DNA of 22,925 nucleotides, from the NCBI GenBank assembly GCA_964010765.1, contig CAXGMD010000055.1, positions 1-22,925 of the forward strand. Reading direction: 5' to 3'. Positions 15,952-22,925 of this stretch are shown piece after piece. Made by a program: the position numbers and the translations under genes. The notes below the pieces were generated by a model that saw nothing but the letters and a program-made list of their open reading frames with translations, had not been told where the DNA came from and searched no databases. Every line of letters begins with the position of its first letter. Position 1 is the first letter of the stretch. The stretch comes from an uncultured bacterium (lineage in GTDB: Bacteria > SAR324 > NAC60-12).

Positions 15952-17831
15952 CAGAAGTGAATTTTTAGTTCAATTGTAGACTCCCAGCCTTGGAATCGAG
16001 ATGATGTAATCGACTGGTCAAAGTAATTGACGCGTTTATGTCTGAAAAAAAGAGTCGATGATTTGGTCATACTAATATCTATCCCCGTGCCGAGGGCCGC
16101 ACCTAAGCCGTCCAAGTAACTATATCCCTGTTCTTCCAGCCCATCCCGAGGGCTGGTAAATTCATTACCCTTAATTCGCTCAAGTCCGCCATATAGAATC
16201 CACGCACAGCGATTTCCAAAGGGAAAATAGGTGTCTATTTCGTGATATTGAGCGTTGACAATTGCAGACTCACCAAACTTTGGCAACACTGAAAGCCCGT
16301 GTTGAGTGGCTAGGTATTCTCCTAGGTAAAAAATGAAAAACGGCCTCTCTAACAGCTCCCCTTTAACCTTCGCATTTAATCGCACTGCGTTGAAACCTTT
16401 GACTCCTAATTGATGACCTTCGGAAGTTATTCCTATTCTTTGGTACGCCCCCCTGAAAAAAGTAGTGATCGCGTTATTTGGCCCTGTGGCAGATTGAAAC
16501 CGATCGACTCGTGACATGTAAAGTCCAGTAACCTTGTGATAAAAGGTTATATCTGATGGCAGATTCTGAATTTCTCTAGAGATTAAATAGCCGACGTTTA
16601 TTTTTAACCGACCTATCCCGAATGTAGAAGAAAATCTTGCACTAGCACGATTATTGGCAACCAAATGCATTGGGGTGAGGACTGCACCGAAAGGTCGTGC
16701 TCCGTCTTGAACGTTTGCGCCATTGAAAGAAGACGTTTCAGAGCTAAAACCATCCACGGAAGTATTGATAAGTGCGGAGTGTAGATTAACAAAATTGGGC
16801 GTAACTGCGAATAGTTCAACGTCCAATGGGATGTTCAATTTTCTTTTTGGGATGCTCAAGAGCATTTTGAATGCAACACCTGAACCTTGGCTATTCTCAG
16901 CGTTAATTCTATGCTTTCCGAAAGCGAGTTCACTTTTGACACCAAGGTTTTTCAGTCGACCTTCATGTGCAAGAGAAATGATATTGACCCCAAATTTTTC
17001 ACCATTTCTCCATGCATCAAGGCCTCGTGAGTTCATGCTGCCGACGTAAAAAGTTTGAAGACGATATTGCTTGCTGAGCCTACCTGCCATTATAAAGTCA
17101 GGGAGTGAGGGGAGATTAAATGGTGTTTTCCCGACAACCATCTCGAAATCAATTAGCCCCGGGAGATCCAGTGCTTGCAATCTTAAACCATTCAATTGCC
17201 GTTTGCCAAAGTCTACCTCCCGTATATAGTCCGAGCGACTGTAGTAGCTATCGTGTTGTACGGCAATGGGCCAAACATATGTCCAGGCATTGCGGTCAAA
17301 CAACGAGTTTTGGACCTGTTTTGCCGAACTCATTAAAAAGTCACCTAATTCCACAAATTGTGTTCCTCCAAATGATACTCTAAACTTTCCTTTCGAAGTT
17401 GACGCTCCGGTAGATAAAACCACACCTTGACGAGATAAGCGAAAAATCCTGTTGTCATCGACCATATCTGTCATCGGGTCGAAAGTCAAGAGTTGCAAGG
17501 CCACGAAACTGTTAGCTGTCGGTCTTGCGAGAATATTGATGTTAAAATTGGGGGCATTGAATTCGTCGTCCGTCCTAATAACCAAAGGCGTATTGCTATC
17601 ACTAAAGTGTACATTTAGCTTTCTCGCATACCCCATGAAACGATAGTAACCTTTTATTTCAAGTGGAATTTTCTTAGTGTCTTGTCCAATTCTTATTTTC
17701 TGAAATTTACTTGGTTCTGGGTGTTTGGAATCTATGCTGACACTTTGTCCCACCACGATTATCGTAATGCAGGAGAAAATCAGTCCAAACAGTAACTTGA
17801 TAAAATGTACTTTATGTGGCACCCTAAGCAT
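15951..17831 (-). CDS. Uncharacterised outer-membrane beta-barrel-like protein
   Basis: Signal peptide ...IVVG|Q and amphipathic strands (IKGYYRFMGY, LGTGIDISM, LFFRHKRV). The terminal strand STIELKIHF ends in Phe. Its stop overlaps the next start (TGATG at 15951). Confidence 0.7.
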   Translation of the reverse strand: MLRVPHKVHFIKLLFGLIFSCITIIVVGQSVSIDSKHPEPSKFQKIRIGQDTKKIPLEIKGYYRFMGYARKLNVHFSDSNTPLVIRTDDEFNAPNFNINILARPTANSFVALQLLTFDPMTDMVDDNRIFRLSRQGVVLSTGASTSKGKFRVSFGGTQFVELGDFLMSSAKQVQNSLFDRNAWTYVWPIAVQHDSYYSRSDYIREVDFGKRQLNGLRLQALDLPGLIDFEMVVGKTPFNLPSLPDFIMAGRLSKQYRLQTFYVGSMNSRGLDAWRNGEKFGVNIISLAHEGRLKNLGVKSELAFGKHRINAENSQGSGVAFKMLLSIPKRKLNIPLDVELFAVTPNFVNLHSALINTSVDGFSSETSSFNGANVQDGARPFGAVLTPMHLVANNRASARFSSTFGIGRLKINVGYLISREIQNLPSDITFYHKVTGLYMSRVDRFQSATGPNNAITTFFRGAYQRIGITSEGHQLGVKGFNAVRLNAKVKGELLERPFFIFYLGEYLATQHGLSVLPKFGESAIVNAQYHEIDTYFPFGNRCAWILYGGLERIKGNEFTSPRDGLEEQGYSYLDGLGAALGTGIDISMTKSSTLFFRHKRVNYFDQSITSSRFQGWESTIELKIHF

Positions 17832-19439
17832 ATTTTAATTAGTTGGATCTTCTTGGCGGGTTGTAATTGGAGCAGCACAGATACGTCAAAGAAACAACCT
17901 GTCGATGGAACTCAGTCTGTAATATGGCTGGTTTGTGAGGATCAGTCATTATTTCTGCCCATTTACGGGGATTCAACGGCTCTTATGCCAAACCTTTGTT
18001 CATTGGCAGACGATGGCACTATATATGATAAGTTTTTCGCTGTTGCTCCGGTTTGCGCTCCCTCAAGAAGTAGCATTATTACTGGAGTTCAGCCTGCCTT
18101 AATGGGTACGCAGCACATGAGGGCGTTTCAAGCCAATAAAGTGGGCCTGAATCAACACACAGGATTGCCTTTCTACTCTGCTCCCGCTCCGCCTGGAACC
18201 AGATCTTTTACTGAATATCTTCGTGAGGCAGGTGTTTTTTGCACGAACAATTCGAAGGAAGATTACAACTTTGAAACACCACCGCTTGCTTGGGATGAGT
18301 CTTCCTCTGATGCCCATTGGCGCGAAAGAAGCGATGGACAGCCTTTCTTTTCGGTTTTTAATTTTAATGTGACTCACGAGAGTCAAATTTGGAAAAGACA
18401 GGAAACCTCTTGTCAAATTAGCCATGATTCAGTTCCAGTACCGCTATTAATTCCGCGAGAGAATGCAGTAAGGAAGGATATAGCCGTTAATTATTGTAAC
18501 CTTGAAGAGTTGGATCGGCAGATTGGTAAGGTCATAGATGAGCTTAAGGAAGACGGCTTGTACGAAAGCACGACAGTTGTATTTTTCAGTGATCATGGTG
18601 GCCCGTTCCCGCGATTTAAAAGATCTCCCACTGACGCGGGCCTTAGAGTTCCTTTAGTGATTAAATGGGGCCATGTCAAAGATGTTCCTTCCAGGAATGC
18701 AGGGTTGTTTTCATTCTTAGACTTGGCTCCTTCAGTTTTACGGTGGTTCAATGTTCAGCGAGAAATCTCGCTGTCAGGAATGCCTATTTTACCTGATTCA
18801 AGAGGACATGAAGCTGTATATGCGTCAACAGACCGTTTAGATGAACATCTAAATCGTCGCAGAACTGTTCGAACAACTAATTGGCGCTTAATTCGAAATG
18901 ATTTTCAGGATAGACCGGCAGGAATTAATATCGCCTATCGAAAACAAATGAATACAATGAAAGTAATTGATTCATTGGCTCAAGATGGTATAGAGCCTTG
19001 GATTTCATGGAAATCAAAGCCACTGTCTAAATGGGAGCTCTACAATAGTTCCGAAGATGAGTGGGAGCTAGAAAATCTCCATCTGAATCCACTTTTTGCG
19101 GACACGCTCGTCTATCTACAAAACTTACTTTTTCATGCATTTCCTCCGGGGCAGGACTTGGGGAACTTTGATGAAAAAAAGCTAATAGAATCTTTCAAGC
19201 AGAAAGTTGCATCAGAGGAACTAACATTACCAACATTGACTCAAAAAGGCAGGAGTTTTATAATCTCTCATGAAAATCCAAATGTTTCTATCGGTTGGCG
19301 CACGAAACGAGAAGATGCTTGGAATGTGGCAAGCAGAGGAGCCGAGATAAACATTGCCGAAGGGATAACTGAAGTTGAAGTTCTTGTTACCCGAATTGGA
19401 TGGAAGTCGAAGACTCAGGTATTGAACATTATCAATTGA
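17805..19439 (+). CDS. Lipoprotein S1 sulfatase (sulfamidase/SGSH-like); alternative start at 17814
   Basis: Lipobox IFLAG|C, VIWLVCED, catalytic VCAPSRSSIITG (Cys codon 18054-18056), TNNSKEDYNF, PFFSVFN...HES, FFSDHGGPFPRFKR and WELYN. Confidence 0.9.
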   Translation: MYFMWHPKHILISWIFLAGCNWSSTDTSKKQPVDGTQSVIWLVCEDQSLFLPIYGDSTALMPNLCSLADDGTIYDKFFAVAPVCAPSRSSIITGVQPALMGTQHMRAFQANKVGLNQHTGLPFYSAPAPPGTRSFTEYLREAGVFCTNNSKEDYNFETPPLAWDESSSDAHWRERSDGQPFFSVFNFNVTHESQIWKRQETSCQISHDSVPVPLLIPRENAVRKDIAVNYCNLEELDRQIGKVIDELKEDGLYESTTVVFFSDHGGPFPRFKRSPTDAGLRVPLVIKWGHVKDVPSRNAGLFSFLDLAPSVLRWFNVQREISLSGMPILPDSRGHEAVYASTDRLDEHLNRRRTVRTTNWRLIRNDFQDRPAGINIAYRKQMNTMKVIDSLAQDGIEPWISWKSKPLSKWELYNSSEDEWELENLHLNPLFADTLVYLQNLLFHAFPPGQDLGNFDEKKLIESFKQKVASEELTLPTLTQKGRSFIISHENPNVSIGWRTKREDAWNVASRGAEINIAEGITEVEVLVTRIGWKSKTQVLNIIN

Positions 19440-19461
19440 AGTGGCTAGAAGGCTCGAATTT

Positions 19462-21765
19462 TTATTCTTCGAGAATAATTGATTTCTCTTCCCCGAAAAG
19501 CTCGACTGTAAATGACCCTGGTTCGAAGTGCCAAGTTCCCTCGCCATCGACATATCCAAAGGCATTAGCCGGGATGGTAATTGTGCTATCAATGAAGCTT
19601 CTTGGAGGGACTCGCACATGATCAAATGCTACCAGAACTCTCTTTCTCGGCGAAATATGAGTCGCGTAGTCATCACTTAGATAAAGATCAAAACTTTTGG
19701 AGGTTTCGTCTTGGTTCTTATTTGTAAGGCGATAATTCACGTCTACACTGTCACCTAAAAAACATTGATCGCATGAGAAGTCCACAAATTCGCAGTCTAA
19801 CTTATCGTACGACATTCCATGGCCAAACGGCCATTGGGGGCGAAATCCTAATTCAGTGAATGTACCGGGTGGGCCTTGCGTAATTTTAGATGAGAATCTG
19901 TGATCATACGGGATTAAATCGCCCGTAGAACGGTGATAAGTAAAAGGTAAGAGCCCACTGGGGTTTGATAAACCGGAAAGAGTTCTAGCAATCGCCATTG
20001 CCCCCTGAGACCCGGGCCGTAGGGCGAGCAGCACGGCATCCATATCTTCAACGAATTGACTTACGAGTCTTCCTCGACCTTCAACTAGTACGAGAATTAC
20101 AGGTTTCCCTGTGGCAATAGCGTCGAGAGCTAGTTTTACCTGATTCTTAGGTAGGTTTAGATCATCAATTACTCCGGGGGATTCTGCATAGGCATTTTCC
20201 CCCAAGCATAGGATGATTACATCAGAGGATTCAGCTGCTTTTTCAATATCTAATTTGTAATGAAGTGAATCGTCAAACCCACCGTTCAATGGGCATTTGA
20301 CTTGATCAGTCCCAAAAACCTGAGTGATAGCCTCAACAATAGTTAACGTCTCATTTGGGTAGGCCGATTCAACATTTCCCTGCCAAGTGTACGACCAAGA
20401 TCCATGCAAGGCACTTTTTGACCCACAAGTAGGCCCAACAATAAGCAATTTTTCATCTCCTCTTAAGGGAAGAATTTCATTGCGATTTTCCAACAATACG
20501 AGAGATGCTTCTGCCGCTTGAAGAGCAATATCTTCATATTCAGATAATCCAAATTTTTTCACTGCAGTTTCTTCCACTTTTGGATTTGAGAAGAGCCCGA
20601 GCTTCATTTTGAATTCGAGTATTCTTCGAACGCTCTCATCAATTCGTTCTTCCGTGATTTCGCCACTGCGCACCAAGTCCACAAGGTGTTCGCTGAATGA
20701 ATATTCATTTGGCACCATGCTCATATCAAGACCTGCATCAATAGCCATTTTCACAGCGTCTCTGTGGCTACGGGCGACTTGATGGCGACTGTGGAGCCGA
20801 ATAATATCCTGCCAATCTGAAACTATTACTCCTTCGAAGCCCATTCGTTCGCGAAGGAGAGTAGTCAAAAAATTGCGAGATGCATGAACGGGAACTCCAT
20901 TTACAGATCCAGAATTTACCATTAACGTTGAGGCTCCTGCATTGACACCAAATTGGAACGGTGGGATATGATGTTCCCATAATTCAAGACTGGATATGTA
21001 GGCTTCCGTGCGGTCCTTTCCTGATGCGGGTACCCCATAACCAATAAAATGTTTCATGCAGGCCGCAACGCCTTGACCTTTTGCAAGGTTAAAATTCTCA
21101 TATGTGCTGACTATGGCACCTCCCATTTTACCGCATAACAAAGCGGATTCTCCAAAGGTTTCTGGGAATCTTGGCCAAAGGGGCTGTCTTCCTACATCAA
21201 AGACAGGGTCGAAATTCCATCGAATACCACTTGCTCGTGTTTCGGCTGCACACACTTCCGCAGCGGCTTGAACAATCTCAAGGTTGCGGGTTGCAGCCAT
21301 TCCAATATTGTGAGGAAATAACGTCGATCCTTTACTGTAAGTGGCGCCGTGAATGGCATCGATTCCATAGACAACGGGTATTTTAAGTGGTTGCTCAAGC
21401 GCAATTTCTTGGATGCCATTTATTATCTCATGCCAACGAGCCAAGGAGTACGCCCTCCCTGCGGTGTTCAAGATTGACCCTACTCGGTAAGTTTCAACTG
21501 CAGTTTTTACTTTGTCCCAATCGACCTGTTTTGGCTTTCCGTCATGTTGATTCAATGAAGATGACAAAAATCCAAGATTGAGTTGTGTCATTTGACCAAC
21601 TTTATCCTCAATTGACATTTTTTCAAGCATCATTCCAATGAACTCGTCCTCTTCCGAACCGTTCAACTTTGGATAAAATTCAGTTGTCTCGCACGAGATG
21701 AGACAAATCAGAAGGGCAGACTTGAGAAAGAAGTGAATCTGAGAATTGTAATTAGGAAGCTGCAT
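19462..21765 (-). CDS. GH3 beta-glucosidase (BglX-like), lipoprotein
   Basis: Lipobox CLIS|C, KVGQMTQ, YGIDAIHG, ACMKHFIGYG, nucleophile motif IVSDW, LVLLEN, LCLGENAYAE, NPSGLLPFT, WPFGHGMSY and an Fn3-like tail. Confidence 0.95.
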   Translation of the reverse strand: MQLPNYNSQIHFFLKSALLICLISCETTEFYPKLNGSEEDEFIGMMLEKMSIEDKVGQMTQLNLGFLSSSLNQHDGKPKQVDWDKVKTAVETYRVGSILNTAGRAYSLARWHEIINGIQEIALEQPLKIPVVYGIDAIHGATYSKGSTLFPHNIGMAATRNLEIVQAAAEVCAAETRASGIRWNFDPVFDVGRQPLWPRFPETFGESALLCGKMGGAIVSTYENFNLAKGQGVAACMKHFIGYGVPASGKDRTEAYISSLELWEHHIPPFQFGVNAGASTLMVNSGSVNGVPVHASRNFLTTLLRERMGFEGVIVSDWQDIIRLHSRHQVARSHRDAVKMAIDAGLDMSMVPNEYSFSEHLVDLVRSGEITEERIDESVRRILEFKMKLGLFSNPKVEETAVKKFGLSEYEDIALQAAEASLVLLENRNEILPLRGDEKLLIVGPTCGSKSALHGSWSYTWQGNVESAYPNETLTIVEAITQVFGTDQVKCPLNGGFDDSLHYKLDIEKAAESSDVIILCLGENAYAESPGVIDDLNLPKNQVKLALDAIATGKPVILVLVEGRGRLVSQFVEDMDAVLLALRPGSQGAMAIARTLSGLSNPSGLLPFTYHRSTGDLIPYDHRFSSKITQGPPGTFTELGFRPQWPFGHGMSYDKLDCEFVDFSCDQCFLGDSVDVNYRLTNKNQDETSKSFDLYLSDDYATHISPRKRVLVAFDHVRVPPRSFIDSTITIPANAFGYVDGEGTWHFEPGSFTVELFGEEKSIILEE

Positions 21766-21770
21766 TGCCG

Positions 21771-21778
21771 CTAAAATA
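21771..21778 (-). promoter_or_regulatory. Candidate Bacteroidota -7 promoter element (TATTTTAG) 5 nt upstream of the GH3 ATG
   Basis: The minus strand reads CTTATTTTAGCGGCAATG, one mismatch from the TAnnTTTG consensus. No clear -33 TTTG was found. Confidence 0.3.
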
Positions 21779-21825
21779 AGCGGGAGTTAAGTAAAAGCCT
21801 TTGCTTTTTCCTCATATGCCCAAAA

Positions 21826-22925
21826 TCACTCACATGAGAGACCGAAGACAGAGAGGAATTGAAGAAGATCAGGGGTTGCCACCAATCCGTCATTATCAAT
21901 ATCGGCGCCACAGCTGGATTCCAATGATATAAGGCAACTGCCGTCATCTGTATTTGCGGCTGGGTTAAAGTTGGAAGCTACTTCATATGTGCAGCCATGG
22001 ATGACCAAGGTTTCGCATGATCCATCATCTGCAGTTGCATCAAAGTCGAATTCAACATAAAAAGGGTTGGTGCAACCAGGTACAAGACACGACGTTCCGT
22101 CACCACCACAAATACCGCATTCATCAGTTCCTTCTGAACAATTACCATCACAATCCACCGAGGCATTTAAGGTGAAATTGACCCAAAATATTTCATTGGT
22201 TTCCTGCGAAACATCCAAATCGTAGGGGCCTCTCAACCTTAATTTGTCAACTAATCCATTCCAATTAGCGTTAGCGGTTAAGTTGACTTGGTATGTCTCG
22301 GGACCTGTCATTTCTGTGCCAATTGGAATTGCCTGAGAACCAAGAATGACTCCTGTTTCATCATACCAACGGAGTTGAAAACCAGCTGAAATGGTTGTAG
22401 GGTTCTGGACTGTCACAGAAAAGGCTGAAAATGAAGAGGTTTGGATACCAAGTCCTGTTGGACTTTGCATTTCAGCAACTGCTGAAGTCCCTGTAATTGC
22501 CATTGTCATGTATTCAGTACCTTGGCTCAGGGCTACTCCACCAGCACCTATCCAACCAGCTTTAGTTCCTTGCCAGGCGTAGTCGATCATCGAATTTGCA
22601 CCGATGAAATAACACGTACCATCGTCTTCACAGGCATCAGGATTAAAGTTGCATGCTGCGAGATCTGTGCATCCACTGTTAACGCAGGAATCCAGCGCAT
22701 CACAAACCCCATCATTATCAGCATCTGCTGCACAGTTCCCATTGCAATCAAAGACTTCATTTAATTCGAAAAACTCCCACAGAATGTCAGGAGATTCTGT
22801 TTCAACATCAAGCGCAAATGGCCCTCGAAGTCTCATTTTGTGAATTAAGCCTGTCCAGCTTTCTTCAGAAAAAAGATCAATTGTGTATGTTTCGAATTCG
22901 GTCATTTCAGTTCCGACAGGAATCG
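21826..22925 (-). CDS. 5'-truncated modular secreted protein: repeated CBM-like beta-sandwich, Cys-rich linkers and a C-terminal Cys-rich/dockerin-like tag
   Basis: The frame stays open past the track's ATG (22905) to the window edge (IPVGTE-MTEF...), so the true start is outside the window. It has an internal repeat with a 198-aa period and ends CGADIDNDGLVATPDLLQFLSVFGLSCE. Confidence 0.8.
   Translation of the reverse strand, partial: IPVGTEMTEFETYTIDLFSEESWTGLIHKMRLRGPFALDVETESPDILWEFFELNEVFDCNGNCAADADNDGVCDALDSCVNSGCTDLAACNFNPDACEDDGTCYFIGANSMIDYAWQGTKAGWIGAGGVALSQGTEYMTMAITGTSAVAEMQSPTGLGIQTSSFSAFSVTVQNPTTISAGFQLRWYDETGVILGSQAIPIGTEMTGPETYQVNLTANANWNGLVDKLRLRGPYDLDVSQETNEIFWVNFTLNASVDCDGNCSEGTDECGICGGDGTSCLVPGCTNPFYVEFDFDATADDGSCETLVIHGCTYEVASNFNPAANTDDGSCLISLESSCGADIDNDGLVATPDLLQFLSVFGLSCE

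Noticed and set aside
14215..17831. Split or frameshifted single SusC/TonB-dependent receptor
   Set aside because: Each ORF has its own signal peptide and terminal Phe strand, and no plug or SusC motifs were recognised.
6589..22843. Remaining short (60-144 aa) ORFs nested in or antisense to the large CDSs, e.g. 13270-13704, 10032-10418, 19227-19625
   Set aside because: They overlap well-supported genes, show no motifs and have shadow-like composition.
22903..22905. ATG at 22905 as the start of the last CDS
   Set aside because: The frame is open to the window edge, this Met falls inside a repeat (GTEMT), and no signal peptide follows it.

Overview
This looks like a Bacteroidota (probably marine Flavobacteriales-type) genomic window. 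The evidence is a T9SS C-terminal domain, signal peptides cleaved before Gln, and GCxDxxACNY Cys-rich repeats. At the left end, a truncated secreted beta-propeller-like gene (missed by the ORF track) diverges from a 1369-aa secreted Cys-rich/beta-helix protein. That protein carries a phage-tailspike-type 'DYAE' autocleaving chaperone domain and is followed by a bidirectional terminator and a high-GC cyclophilin gene. The rest (about 6.2-22.9 kb) is a lower-GC polysaccharide-utilisation-like cluster. It encodes two sulfatases, two paralogous clan GH-A (GH51-like) hydrolases, a triple-CBM T9SS cargo, a lipoprotein, two uncharacterised outer-membrane beta-barrel-like proteins, a GH3 and a truncated repeat protein. 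No SusC/SusD pair is visible; the two barrels and the lipoprotein occupy that position. Two proteins share an ungapped 83-aa Cys-rich plus half-dockerin-like C-terminal tag. No RNA genes, CRISPR arrays or transposases were seen. All family calls come from motif recognition by eye; no database searches were run.
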